Positions 1 through 9,593 of a stretch of DNA of 64,000 nucleotides are shown piece by piece. Position numbers and translations under genes: made by a program. Below the pieces are notes generated by a model. It saw nothing but the letters and a program-made list of their open reading frames with translations, did no database searches and was not told the DNA's origin. The stretch spans positions 1,134 through 65,133 of the forward strand of contig JAEUSW010000076.1 of assembly GCA_016788285.1 (NCBI GenBank), written 5' to 3'. The DNA comes from Flavobacteriales bacterium. Lineage in GTDB: Bacteria > Bacteroidota > Bacteroidia > Flavobacteriales_F > PHOS-HE28. Each line of letters opens with the position of its first letter. The stretch's first letter is position 1.

Positions 1-73
1 GGGGCCGCGAAAATAGGCCGGGGGGATCGAGGGTCGTGTCACCCTTCGGCAAGGCCCATTACCTTCTGGCGCG

Positions 74-1153
74 ATGGATGACGGGATGTTCGTCAAAGGC
101 CGCGGGGCCGACCGCCAGGTGGCGAACCGCTTCCTGCAGCGCCACTACGGGGTGGTGGAGCCGACCGGGATCGACGAGCCCGAGCTGGGCGTGGACCAGG
201 CCACGCAGGTGCTGCCCACCTTCCCCCGCACCATCCTGAACCGGGTGGACAGCCCGGACCTGCCCTTCACCTGGAGCCTGAACCCGTACCAGGGCTGCGA
301 GCACGGCTGCAGCTACTGCTATGCGCGGCCCACCCATGAGTACTGGGGCTACAGCGCGGGCCTCGACTTCGAACGCGTGATCCTCGTGAAGCGCGAGGCG
401 GCCGCGCTGCTCGAGAAGGCCTTGCGCGCCCCGTCCTGGCGTGGCGAGCCGATCATGCTCTCCGGGGCCACCGACCCCTACCAGCCGGTGGAGCGCCAGG
501 AGCGGCTGACGCGGGCCTGCCTGGAGCTGTGCCTGCGGTTCGCACAACCCGTCAGCGTGATCACGAAGAACGCGCTGGTGACGCGTGACATCGACCTGCT
601 GGCCGAGCTGGCCCGGGACCGCCGCGCCGCGGTGGCCATCAGCCTCACCACGCTGAACGAGGACCTGCGCCGCGTGTTGGAGCCCCGCACGAGCACCGCG
701 GCGAACCGCCTGAAGGCCATGGAGCTGCTCGCGGCGGCCGGTGTTCCGGTGTTCGCCATGATCGCACCGGTGATCCCCGCGCTGAACGAGCCCGAGATCC
801 CTGCGCTGCTGCGCGCCGCCCGGGATGCTGGGGCGATTGGCGCGGGCTACACCGTGCTGCGCACCAACGGTCCGGTGGAACCCCTCTTCCGTGCCTGGTT
901 ACAGCATCACTTCCCCGACCGCGCCGCCAAGGTGATCGCGCAGACCAGCGCGCTGCACGGCGGCCGCATGAGCGATGGCCGCTCGGGCGTCCGCATGCGG
1001 GGCGAGGGGGCCTTCGCCGTGCAGATCCACCGCCTGTTCACGGTCATGCGGCGGCGCATCTTCGGACAGAGCGCCTTCCCCGCGCTGGACAGCAGTGGTT
1101 TCAACCGGCCGCCGCAGGGGCAGTTGGAGCTGTTCCCGCCAGCGGAAGGGTGA
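74..1153 (+). CDS. Radical SAM protein, PA0069/SplB-like (DNA repair photolyase-like) family
   Basis: CxxxCxxC motif (CEHGCSYC) near the N-terminus; length and the 'PYQ' context are typical of PA0069-family radical SAM enzymes. The start may lie upstream of the window edge. Confidence 0.75.
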   Translation: MDDGMFVKGRGADRQVANRFLQRHYGVVEPTGIDEPELGVDQATQVLPTFPRTILNRVDSPDLPFTWSLNPYQGCEHGCSYCYARPTHEYWGYSAGLDFERVILVKREAAALLEKALRAPSWRGEPIMLSGATDPYQPVERQERLTRACLELCLRFAQPVSVITKNALVTRDIDLLAELARDRRAAVAISLTTLNEDLRRVLEPRTSTAANRLKAMELLAAAGVPVFAMIAPVIPALNEPEIPALLRAARDAGAIGAGYTVLRTNGPVEPLFRAWLQHHFPDRAAKVIAQTSALHGGRMSDGRSGVRMRGEGAFAVQIHRLFTVMRRRIFGQSAFPALDSSGFNRPPQGQLELFPPAEG

Positions 1154-1652
1154 GCAGCGGCGTGTACCGCAGGCCTTCGGCCGTGCGCCGGCTTTCGTAC
1201 AGCGCCAGCCGGTCCACCATCAGCTCACCGGGCAAGGGCCGTGCGGCGACCGCCGGAGGGTGTGGCACCGCGGCGCGGGCCAGGGTCACGTGCGGCCAGA
1301 ACGGTTCGCGATCGTCGGGTGGGAGACCGAGCGCGTGCGACAACCGGTGATGCAGGTCGCGGTGGGCCGGGTGCGGCGCGAAGCGCGACCAGATCATGCG
1401 GGGGCGGTCCTCCGGCATCGTGCACAGGAGGGCGGCGCTGAGCGCATACGGCGCTGTCGTTGCGCAGACGGTCCGCAGCGAGGCGTGGATCGTGCCGAGC
1501 TCGTCCGCTGCCCGCTCACCGATGAAGCGCGCGGTGAGGTGCCAGCCGTCCGGGTCCGTGGGGGCCCAGCCCGTGAGGTCCGGTGCGGCGAGCGCGTCGC
1601 GCAGTCGGGTCGACCACACGGCCGGCAGGGAAGCGGCGATGAACAGGCGCAT
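1101..1652 (-). CDS. thpR: RNA 2',3'-cyclic phosphodiesterase (2'-5' RNA ligase LigT/ThpR family)
   Basis: Two H-x-T/S-x motifs (HLTARF and HVTLAR) at about 183 aa, typical of the 2H phosphoesterase family. Confidence 0.7.
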   Translation of the reverse strand: MRLFIAASLPAVWSTRLRDALAAPDLTGWAPTDPDGWHLTARFIGERAADELGTIHASLRTVCATTAPYALSAALLCTMPEDRPRMIWSRFAPHPAHRDLHHRLSHALGLPPDDREPFWPHVTLARAAVPHPPAVAARPLPGELMVDRLALYESRRTAEGLRYTPLLTLPLAGTAPTAPAAAG

Positions 1653-1655
1653 GGT

Positions 1656-1934
1656 TCAGCGCAGGATGTGGAACCCGGTGCCGTGCTCCGGTGGCTCAGG
1701 CCGAACGGTCACCCGGGTCACCCGGGCGAGCGGCGGGCCGCTGCGGCACCAGGCCACGAAGTGGTCCACCGCATCGGGCGGCCCTTCGGCCGCGGCCTCC
1801 ACACCACCGTCGGGCAGGTTGCGCACCCAGCCGGTGAGGCCCAGGCGAAGCGCCTCCTCGGCGGCATGCTTGCGGTACCACACGCCCTGAACGGTGCCTT
1901 CGATGTGCAGGCGGAGCCGGTTGGTGGGGGGCAT
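1656..1934 (-). CDS. acyP: Acylphosphatase
   Basis: 92-aa product beginning MPPTNRLRLHIEGTVQGVWYR, which is the acylphosphatase signature GxVQGVxFR. The longer track ORF (to 2294) runs antisense into the large + strand gene, so it was trimmed to this internal ATG. Confidence 0.8.
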   Translation of the reverse strand: MPPTNRLRLHIEGTVQGVWYRKHAAEEALRLGLTGWVRNLPDGGVEAAAEGPPDAVDHFVAWCRSGPPLARVTRVTVRPEPPEHGTGFHILR

Positions 1935-2030
1935 GGGGCAAAGGTCGCTTGACAGGTGGTGGGGTTCTGAGGTAGATTCGTCGACATTTTCGATCCATTG
2001 GTCGAAGAGACTCGCGCAAGCCTCCTCCTC

Positions 2031-5000
2031 ATGAAGCACACCTTCCACCGCCTGTTGATCGCTGGTTCCCTCGCGTTCGCCGCGCTCGGCACATCGGCCC
2101 AATCGGTGCCCTCGGGCTTCGCGGACGTGCTGGTGATGGGGGGATGGAACGCCCCGCAGGGTGCGGTATGGGATGCCAACGACCGCATGTACGTCTGGGA
2201 GAAGGCCGGCAAGGTGTGGATCGTGGAGAACGGCGTACGGCTGCCCAACCCGTTGATCGACATCAGCCCCGAGGTGGGCGACTGGCGCGATCACGGATTC
2301 CTAGGCTTCGCGCTGGACCCGAACTTCCTGACGAACGGATACATCTATCTGCTCTACGCCGTCGACCGGCACCACCTGATGAACTTCGGTACGGGCAGCT
2401 ACAACGCCAACACGAACGAGTATTTCAGCGCGACGATCATGCGCCTGACGCGCTACACGGCGGTGGGCCCCACCTTCAACACGGTGAACACCGGCAGCCG
2501 TCTGGTGCTGCTGGGCGAGAGCCCCTCCACGGGTGTGCCGCTGCTGCACGAGTCGCACAGCACGGGGACGATCATGTTCGGCACGGACGGCACGTTGCTC
2601 CTGAGCCTGGGCGATGGCGCGAGCTACTCCAGCACCGATGTCGGGAGCGCTTCGGAGACCTACTGGCAGCAGGCTCTGGCCGATGGCATCATCCGTCCGG
2701 CCGAGAACGTGGGTGCGTTCCGTTCGCAGATGGTGAACAGCTTCAACGGGAAGATCCTTCGATTGGACCCGGCCACGGGCAACGGCCTGCCGTCGAACCC
2801 CTTCTGGAACGCGGCCCAGCCGCGGTCGGCGCAGAGCCGCACCTGGGCCCTGGGACTGCGGAACCCCTACCGGTGCACGCTGCGGCCGGGCTCGGGGAGC
2901 ACCGATCCGGCGGCCGGCGATCCGGGCACCATCTACATCGGTGATGTGCAGTGGAACACGTGGGAGGACATGAACGTGTGCTACGAGGGCGGCATGAACT
3001 TCGGCTGGCCCTTGTTCGAGGGCATGACCCCCTTGAACAGCTACATGAACACGCTGACGTACAACATGGACGCGCCCAATCCGCTGTACGACGGCATCAA
3101 CTGCACCCTGCCGTACTTCCGCTTCCAGGACCTGTGCAAGCAGGACACGCCGATCCACCTCAATGGCCATCCCAACCCGTGCAACAGCGGGGTGCAGATC
3201 CCCAATACCGTGCACAAGTTCTACCATGCCCGGCCGGTGATCGACTGGCGGCACGGCCAGAACTGGGCGCGCACGGCCACCTTCAACGGCAGCACGGCCA
3301 CGGCCACCGACCTCAACGACCCCAACTCGCCTGTGCCGGGCCCCATGTTCGGTGGCTACGCCTCCATCGGCGGCACGTGGATCAGCGGCACCGGATGGCC
3401 TGCCGGCTACCAGAACGTCTATTTCCATGCGGACTATCCCGGCGCCTGGATCAAGCGCTTCGTGTTCAATGGGCAGGACCAGCCGGTGAGCGGCCATGAC
3501 TTCGGCTCGAACCTGGGCGCCATCGTGTGGGTGGGTGAAGGTCCTGAGGGATGCCTGTACTACTCGAACTACGCGACGAACGAGATCCGTCGCATCTGCT
3601 ACACCTTGGCGGTGAACCTGCCGCCCGTGGCGGTGGCCTCCCAGAACGTGCAGTACGGACCGGGCCCGCTCACCGTGCAGTTCACTGGAAGCGCCTCTTA
3701 CGATCCGGAGTCGGGCCCGCTGACCCACCTGTGGAACTTCGGCAATGGCCAGACCAGCACGGCGGTGAACCCGAGCCATGTCTTCAGTGCACCGCCGAAC
3801 ACGCCCACGAGCTACACGGTGACGCTCACCGTCACGGACAACAACGGACAGTCGAACCAGACCTCGCTGCTGGTGAGCGTGAACAACACGCCCCCGGTGG
3901 TGAACATCACCAGTTTCGCCGATGGCGGCACCTATCCGGTGGGGGTGGACACCACGTACCTCCTGGAGGCCGCGGTGAACGACACCGAGCACGGGCAGGC
4001 CCAGCTCACGTACGCCTGGCGCACGACGCTCCATCACAACACGCACACACACCCCGAACCCATCGATGCCGCGCCGGTGACCAGCACGGTGATCAGCGGG
4101 GTGGGCTGTGATGGGGAGACCTACAGCTACGAGATCACCTTGACGGTGACCGACGCGGGCGGCTTGAGCAGCACGGACACCCACTGGCTCTATCCGCGCT
4201 GCAACGCGATCGCCCCGACCGCTGTGATCGCGACGAACGTCACGGTCGGCGCGGGTCCGCTCAACGTGCAGTTCAACGGAGAGGCCTCGCACGATCCCGG
4301 GACCATCGTGAGCTACTTCTGGGATTTCGGCGATGGCACCACGTCCACGCAGATGAACCCGGCGAAGACCTTCACGGACACGGGCGATCGCACAGTGACC
4401 TTGACGGTGACCGACGACGATGGGCTCACGGGCCAGGCCACCGTGGTGATCACGGTGATCACGCTGGACCCGCCGCAGTGCATCGGCGCCTCGGGGAGCG
4501 TGCTGCGCCAGTACTGGAGCGGGATCTCGGGATCCACGGTCTCCGCGCTCGTCTCCAGCCCCAACTATCCGGACAGCCCGACGAGCACCAGCTTTCCCAC
4601 GAGCTTCCAGGCCAACTCGATCGCATACGGCAACAACTATGGCACCCGCATGCGCGGCTACATCCTGGCACCGACCACGGGCACCTATGTGTTCACCGCG
4701 GTGTCCGATGATGAATCCATCGTGTACCTGAGCCCCAATGCGGACCCGCGCTACAAGCAGCAGATCTGCTCGGTGCCCGGCTTCACCAACCTTGGGGAGT
4801 TCACCAAGTACCCGCAGCAGACGAGCGCGGGCATCACGCTCCAGGCCGGCGTGTACTACTACGTGGAGATGCTTCACAAGGAGGGGTCGGGCGGCGACCA
4901 CCTTGCCCTGTACTGGCAGACCCCCACGAACAGCACCAGGACCATCATTCCGGGAAGCGTGCTCTCGCGCTGGCAGGACTGCCCGCCGAGCGTGAACCTC

Positions 5001-5726
5001 CGGGCCATCCTCGGAGGCGCCTTCGACACCCAGGCCAACTTGATGCGCGACGCGCTGCGCAGCAGCGGCCTGATCCCGACCACCGAACCCTTCACCGCGC
5101 TCGGGTTCACGCATACGGGCGGGGGAGGAGGAGAGACGGTGGGTGCCGGTGTGCTGGCCACCACCGGCGCGAACGCCGTGGTGGATTGGGTGCTCGTGGA
5201 GCTGCGCAACAAGAACAACCCGTCGCAGGTGGTGGCCACGCGCAGTGCGCTGCTGCAGCGCGATGGCGATATCGTGGGGACGAACGGCCTTCCGCGCATC
5301 CTCTTCAACGTGGCCTCCGACAACTACTTCGTGGCCGTGCGGCACCGCAACCACCTGGGCGTGATGACCGCGACCAGCACCTTGCTGAACAAGGACCAGA
5401 AGCTCGTGGACCTGTCCCTGGGGACCACGGCGGTGCATGGCGTGGACGCGCGCGCCGTTCTGGCGAACGGGAAGCGTGCGTTGTGGTCCGGCAACGTGCT
5501 GCGCGACACGCAGCTGAAGTACGCGGGCGCCTCGAACGACCGGGATCCCATCCTGGTGCGCATCGGAGGCACGGTGCCCACGGCGACCACGAGCGGATAT
5601 TGGAGCGAGGATGTGAACCTGGACGGGGTGGTGAAGTACGCCGGCTCGTCCAACGATCGTGACCCGATCCTCTTCAACATCGGTGGCACCTTGCCCACGG
5701 CGGTGCGTCTGGAGCAGCTGCCCTGA
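2031..5726 (+). CDS. Large secreted multidomain protein: N-terminal glucose/sorbosone dehydrogenase-like beta-propeller, three PKD domains, a PA14 domain, and C-terminal tandem repeats with a dockerin/EF-hand-like DxNxDG loop
   Basis: Signal peptide MKHTFHRLLIAGSLAFAALGTSAQ. GSDH-like motifs (GFLGFALDPNF..NGYIYLLY; GTIMFGTDGTLLLSLGDG; GKILRLDPATG). PKD-like segments (LTVQFTGSASYDPESGPL..., LNVQFNGEASHDPGTIVSYFWDFGDGT...). A PA14-like block (YWSGISGSTVS...GTRMRGYI...GVYYYVEMLHKEG). The C-terminus carries KYAG(A/S)SNDRDPIL x2 and DVNLDGVVKY. Confidence 0.8.
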   Translation: MKHTFHRLLIAGSLAFAALGTSAQSVPSGFADVLVMGGWNAPQGAVWDANDRMYVWEKAGKVWIVENGVRLPNPLIDISPEVGDWRDHGFLGFALDPNFLTNGYIYLLYAVDRHHLMNFGTGSYNANTNEYFSATIMRLTRYTAVGPTFNTVNTGSRLVLLGESPSTGVPLLHESHSTGTIMFGTDGTLLLSLGDGASYSSTDVGSASETYWQQALADGIIRPAENVGAFRSQMVNSFNGKILRLDPATGNGLPSNPFWNAAQPRSAQSRTWALGLRNPYRCTLRPGSGSTDPAAGDPGTIYIGDVQWNTWEDMNVCYEGGMNFGWPLFEGMTPLNSYMNTLTYNMDAPNPLYDGINCTLPYFRFQDLCKQDTPIHLNGHPNPCNSGVQIPNTVHKFYHARPVIDWRHGQNWARTATFNGSTATATDLNDPNSPVPGPMFGGYASIGGTWISGTGWPAGYQNVYFHADYPGAWIKRFVFNGQDQPVSGHDFGSNLGAIVWVGEGPEGCLYYSNYATNEIRRICYTLAVNLPPVAVASQNVQYGPGPLTVQFTGSASYDPESGPLTHLWNFGNGQTSTAVNPSHVFSAPPNTPTSYTVTLTVTDNNGQSNQTSLLVSVNNTPPVVNITSFADGGTYPVGVDTTYLLEAAVNDTEHGQAQLTYAWRTTLHHNTHTHPEPIDAAPVTSTVISGVGCDGETYSYEITLTVTDAGGLSSTDTHWLYPRCNAIAPTAVIATNVTVGAGPLNVQFNGEASHDPGTIVSYFWDFGDGTTSTQMNPAKTFTDTGDRTVTLTVTDDDGLTGQATVVITVITLDPPQCIGASGSVLRQYWSGISGSTVSALVSSPNYPDSPTSTSFPTSFQANSIAYGNNYGTRMRGYILAPTTGTYVFTAVSDDESIVYLSPNADPRYKQQICSVPGFTNLGEFTKYPQQTSAGITLQAGVYYYVEMLHKEGSGGDHLALYWQTPTNSTRTIIPGSVLSRWQDCPPSVNLRAILGGAFDTQANLMRDALRSSGLIPTTEPFTALGFTHTGGGGGETVGAGVLATTGANAVVDWVLVELRNKNNPSQVVATRSALLQRDGDIVGTNGLPRILFNVASDNYFVAVRHRNHLGVMTATSTLLNKDQKLVDLSLGTTAVHGVDARAVLANGKRALWSGNVLRDTQLKYAGASNDRDPILVRIGGTVPTATTSGYWSEDVNLDGVVKYAGSSNDRDPILFNIGGTLPTAVRLEQLP

Positions 5727-6011
5727 GCTCAGCGCACGCGCTCCGGGGAGCGCTGTCCCAAGGCCCTGAGGTAGGCTTCGAGCCGCTGGCCGCGGTGTTC
5801 GGCCAGTACCCGGTCGAGCACGCTTCGGGTCCGGTGGTCGATGATGCGGCGCACGGAACGGTCGCCGGTGCGGTCGGAGTAGCGTTTTCCAGTGGTGGAC
5901 ATGGGTTCGGCGGTGGATGCGAAGGTGTCCCTCCCCGCACGCCGGTCCCAATACCACGATCGGGGGAGCGAGGGCCCGAACGATGAACCGCGGATCGTGG
6001 ACGGACGACGC

Positions 6012-7154
6012 TCAGAGCCCCTGACCGTTCTTCCGCAGGGCCAGCATCTGCAGACCCGATGCGCCGAAGGTGCGGCCCACGGCCCAGATGCCGGAGGCGT
6101 CCTCGCGGAGCCGGGCGATCCGCTCCTCCTGGCCCGTATCGTAGCGGCGCTCCCACACCGGAGCGCCGATCGCGGTGCGCCGCATCAGCATCGCATCGGT
6201 GGAATGGTCGAGGCCCACTTCACCGGCCACCAGCAGGTCGCCGTTGGTGGCTTCGGTGAGCCCGAACGCCGAGCGCGCATCCAACGTGTCGCCGACGGCC
6301 CTCGTCCACAGCGTGTCACCGTCGCTTTCAAGCGCCATCAGCCACACGTGGTCCTTGCGCCGCCCCAGCTGGTCGGTGAGGCCGTAGCTGCGCGTGGTGC
6401 CGGCCATCACATAGGTGCCGTTGGAGCGACGGATCAAGGCGTGACCGACGTCGTTCGCCACGCCGCCCCAGCTCGAGGTCCAGGACACGCTGCCGTTCGC
6501 GTCCACACCGATGAAGAGGGCATCGCTCTCCCCGCTGAAGTTCATCTGCCGGCCGGTCACCATCGCGCCGTTGGCGTCCCCGGCCACGGCGAGACCCTCC
6601 TCGTCGAGCGGCCCGCCTTCCACGGTCGTCCACAGCAGCACGCCGGCGGTGCTGACGCGACCCATCAGCACATCGTGCGAGCCGCTCGTGTTGTCGACCC
6701 CCGTGAGATGCAGCCCGGCGCCGCCCGCTTCCGCAGCGGCCAGCACCTGCTGGTCGTGCGGGAGGGCCTGGGTCACCACCCATTGCACGGTGTTCTGCGC
6801 GGTGATCCTCACCACCAGCAGGTCGTGATCGTCACTGCCGTCCGGAACGAGGCTTCCCACCAGATAGCCACCGCCGCCCGTCGCAGGCACGAAGGCCTGA
6901 CCGAACGTGCGTCCCGTCAGCGGCACGGACGTGGACGCGGTGACCTGTCCTGTGCCGTTCACGGTCACCAGGGCGGCCGCGCGGCCGTCATCGCCGGTCC
7001 ATGCCGAAACGGCGGCCACGACGCCCGATCCCTGTGGAACAGGACCGAGACCCAAGGTGCCGGCCGCTCCCCAGCGGGTCTCGAAGGACTGGGCACCAAC
7101 GCTTGGTGAACCAAGGAGGCACAGGGACGTGGCGAGGAGCGGGCTGGAACGCAT
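6012..7154 (-). CDS. Secreted hypothetical protein, probable beta-propeller repeat protein
   Basis: N-terminal signal peptide MRSSPLLATSLCLLGSPSVGAQ, followed by repeated G/T/D-rich strands (VTASTS.., VTGRQM.., WTSSWGG..). No catalytic motif was recognised. Confidence 0.5.
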   Translation of the reverse strand: MRSSPLLATSLCLLGSPSVGAQSFETRWGAAGTLGLGPVPQGSGVVAAVSAWTGDDGRAAALVTVNGTGQVTASTSVPLTGRTFGQAFVPATGGGGYLVGSLVPDGSDDHDLLVVRITAQNTVQWVVTQALPHDQQVLAAAEAGGAGLHLTGVDNTSGSHDVLMGRVSTAGVLLWTTVEGGPLDEEGLAVAGDANGAMVTGRQMNFSGESDALFIGVDANGSVSWTSSWGGVANDVGHALIRRSNGTYVMAGTTRSYGLTDQLGRRKDHVWLMALESDGDTLWTRAVGDTLDARSAFGLTEATNGDLLVAGEVGLDHSTDAMLMRRTAIGAPVWERRYDTGQEERIARLREDASGIWAVGRTFGASGLQMLALRKNGQGL

Positions 7155-7194
7155 GCCCGAAAGTAGCACCCTTGGCCTCGGTTAGTTTTGGCCC

Positions 7195-7854
7195 ATGAGC
7201 CGCTCGGCGAACGTGTCCTCCTTCATCGGCGCCACGCTCGTGCTGGCCATGCCCGCTGCGATCGCCGTTTGGCGCACGGAGCAGGTGGCCCTGCATGCCG
7301 CGGTGAACCGGTGGCACGCGCCGTGGAGCGATGCGCTGCTCAGCGTGCTCACCCACCTGGCTGACGGTCTGGTGCCCGTGGTGATCGCTGCGGTGCTGCT
7401 CTTCGTCGGCACCTGGCGGACCTTTCTCCTGTTGGGCCTGAGCACCGGGGTCAGCGCGATCGTGGTGCAGGTGCTGAAGCGCCAGGTCTTCGCGGACCAC
7501 GACCGGCCGGTGATGTTCGCGAACGACATGCCCATGCTCCACCTGGTGGACGGGGTGGCCATGAACCACCACTTCAGTTTCCCGTCGGGCCATGCCACCT
7601 GCGCGTTCGCGATGGGCCTGGCCCTGGCGGTGATGGACGGGGCCCCGCGCCGCGCTCCGCTGTGGGCGTTGGGGGCGGCCGTGCTGGCGTTCACGCGGGT
7701 CTACCTCTCGCAGCACTTCACCGAGGATGTGCTGGCCGGCGCCGGGTTGGGCGTGGTCACCGGGAGCGCGGCATGGCTCATCCTGTACCGGACCCGCTGG
7801 GCGCGCGCGCCCTGGCTTGATCGCCGGCCCTGGCGCACGGGCCGCACCCGATGA
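7195..7854 (+). CDS. PAP2 family phosphatase (phosphatidic-acid-phosphatase type 2 superfamily) membrane protein
   Basis: PAP2 motifs KRQVFADHDRP, PSGH and TRVYLSQHFTEDV (SRxxxxxHxxxD-like), with several transmembrane segments. Confidence 0.75.
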   Translation: MSRSANVSSFIGATLVLAMPAAIAVWRTEQVALHAAVNRWHAPWSDALLSVLTHLADGLVPVVIAAVLLFVGTWRTFLLLGLSTGVSAIVVQVLKRQVFADHDRPVMFANDMPMLHLVDGVAMNHHFSFPSGHATCAFAMGLALAVMDGAPRRAPLWALGAAVLAFTRVYLSQHFTEDVLAGAGLGVVTGSAAWLILYRTRWARAPWLDRRPWRTGRTR

Positions 7855-7860
7855 GGGTGG

Positions 7861-8172
7861 TCAGACGGGTCGCACCAGGCGGAAGAGCTGTTCGGTGCTG
7901 GCGGGGTCCAGGCTGGTGACGGCCTCGGCCCAGGTGCGCACCAGACGGTCGCCGAGCACGGCCTGGGCATGCTCTTCCACCTGGCGGTAGAGCAGGGCCT
8001 TGGTCATTCCGCTGAGATGGATCAACGGGGTGTCCACGATCGCATCGTCCCGGAGCTCGATCTCCGTATGGGCCTCGATGGTGAGGAAGAGGGCCAGCTT
8101 CGCGCTGTGGAGCGAGCGTGCGAGTTCGACCGCATCGGTCCGTTGGCGGGTCAGGAAGGAGATCCTCAGCAT
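7861..8172 (-). CDS. Small hypothetical protein tightly coupled (2-bp gap) downstream of the TolC gene
   Basis: 103-aa ORF from the in-frame ATG (MLRISFLTRQ...), starting 2 bp after the TolC stop. No recognisable motif. Confidence 0.35.
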   Translation of the reverse strand: MLRISFLTRQRTDAVELARSLHSAKLALFLTIEAHTEIELRDDAIVDTPLIHLSGMTKALLYRQVEEHAQAVLGDRLVRTWAEAVTSLDPASTEQLFRLVRPV

Positions 8173-8174
8173 GG

Positions 8175-9593
8175 TCAGGGGGTTTGTCCGGTCAGGGTGC
8201 GCCACAGAACGCCGGCCTCCAGGTCGGTGGCGAACCACGACTTGCGCAATCTGGCCTCCAGGTCGACCTGCTTGATGCGCGCCTCGAGCAGGGCCACTTC
8301 GCGGGCGTTCACCAGGAAGAGCGAGCTCTCGCCGACCTCGAAGCGACGGTTCTCCCCCTCCAGCAGAGCGCCGGAGTTGCGCACGGTCAGGGCGCCAAGG
8401 TCCGTCTGTTGCCGCAGGGTGCCCGTTTCGTTGGCGCGTTCGGCCACGCGGTTGGCGATCACCGTGCGGTCACGCTCCAGGCCCATTTCGGCCTCCGTTA
8501 CGCGAAGCTTGGCCAGGCTGAGCTCGCCGCGTTCACGCCTCAACAGGAGCGGCATGCGGAACCCCGCTCCCCACTGCTGGTCGCCGCCGTCCACCCAGCT
8601 CCCGTTCTCCCCGTTGAGGCGACGGGCATCGCCCAGCACCATGTACTTCAGGTCCAACTGGGGACGGATCATCTCGGCGCGGAGCCGGCGGTCCACTTCC
8701 AATTGGTCGATGCGCGCCCGCGCCTGGAGCAGCAGGGGATGTGTCCGCTCCGCTCGGGCGACCAGGCTGTCCGTGCTCGGTGCACCGAGAGGGCTCTCCA
8801 GGTCGCGTTCCACCGGGCGCGTGGACGGATCGAGCTCCAGCGGTCGGAGGCTCTGGTCCCAGAGGTGATTGGAAAGCCGCAGCGCCGTGTTCCGGACGTT
8901 CAGTTCGGCCTGGGCAAGCCGCATCTCGCGGTCCTGCAGCTGAAGAAAGGCCTCCAGCGTGTCGATCGCCGGCCGGTCGCCACCGCGCCAGCTGCCGCGT
9001 ACGAAGTCGTTCCGCTGGCGGGCCAGCTGCACCGCCTCCTGCGCGATGCGGAGGGCCTGGTGGGCGGCCACCCAGTCGATATGGTCGCTCAGGGCCGCGT
9101 AGAGCACGGCGTTCAGCATCTGCTCCTGCTCGGCCAGTGCCGCATCCTGAAAGGCCTGTGCCCGGCGAAGCGCCGCTCTCCGCTGATCCATCAGGAGGCC
9201 CTGACCCAGCGTGATGCTGACGCCGGCCTTCATGAGCCCGTCGTTGGGCGTGGCCAGCATGGGGTCCAGCAGGTCGCCGGAGTTGTCCTGGTACCCGGCC
9301 AGGACCTCGATGCCGTACCAGGTGGGCACCTTCAGTCCAACGTCGATCAGGCGGAAGTAGTCCTTCTCATCGAAGGTCTTCTCCTCGAGCTCGGCCTGCA
9401 CCACGGGGTCGAACCCGCCTCGCGCGCTGCGCACGGTCGCGGCGCCCAGTTCAGGACGGAGCGCGGCCTGACGGGCCACCGGATGATGGTCCAGCACCAG
9501 CCGCACCAGGGCGTCCCGGGTCAGGGAGGGCGGATCATCCTGGGCGGACAGCCCCACGGGGATCAGAAGCGCGATGGCAGCGGCGATGCGCAT
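8175..9593 (-). CDS. TolC family outer-membrane efflux protein
   Basis: Signal peptide MRIAAAIALLIPVGLSAQ. Long alpha-helical coiled-coil repeats with the twofold internal repeat typical of TolC/OprM. Its start ATG overlaps the stop of the upstream HlyD gene (ATGA). Confidence 0.85.
   Translation of the reverse strand: MRIAAAIALLIPVGLSAQDDPPSLTRDALVRLVLDHHPVARQAALRPELGAATVRSARGGFDPVVQAELEEKTFDEKDYFRLIDVGLKVPTWYGIEVLAGYQDNSGDLLDPMLATPNDGLMKAGVSITLGQGLLMDQRRAALRRAQAFQDAALAEQEQMLNAVLYAALSDHIDWVAAHQALRIAQEAVQLARQRNDFVRGSWRGGDRPAIDTLEAFLQLQDREMRLAQAELNVRNTALRLSNHLWDQSLRPLELDPSTRPVERDLESPLGAPSTDSLVARAERTHPLLLQARARIDQLEVDRRLRAEMIRPQLDLKYMVLGDARRLNGENGSWVDGGDQQWGAGFRMPLLLRRERGELSLAKLRVTEAEMGLERDRTVIANRVAERANETGTLRQQTDLGALTVRNSGALLEGENRRFEVGESSLFLVNAREVALLEARIKQVDLEARLRKSWFATDLEAGVLWRTLTGQTP

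Noticed and set aside
1656-2294. Full 212-aa track ORF for the acylphosphatase locus
   Set aside because: Only the C-terminal 92 aa match acylphosphatase. The 5' extension overlaps the signal-peptide region of the large + strand gene and has no motif. The gene was trimmed to the internal ATG at 1934.
2301-5957. 1,218-aa ORF on the minus strand spanning the whole 2031-5726 gene
   Set aside because: It runs antisense to a gene with clear domain content and a signal peptide. Its product is Arg/Gly/His-rich low complexity with no motifs. Long antisense ORFs are expected at 67% GC because stop codons are depleted. The same reasoning rejects 10897-12906(+), 25251-26687(-), 27159-28817(-), 39238-40122(+), 42206-43543(+), 43965-45854(+), 54278-55690(-) and 59852-61852(+).
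5892-7109. 405-aa + strand ORF between the large secreted protein and the PAP2 gene
   Set aside because: It is antisense to the 6012-7154 secreted beta-propeller protein, which has a clean signal peptide. Its product is low-complexity (H/R/G/A-rich) without motifs.
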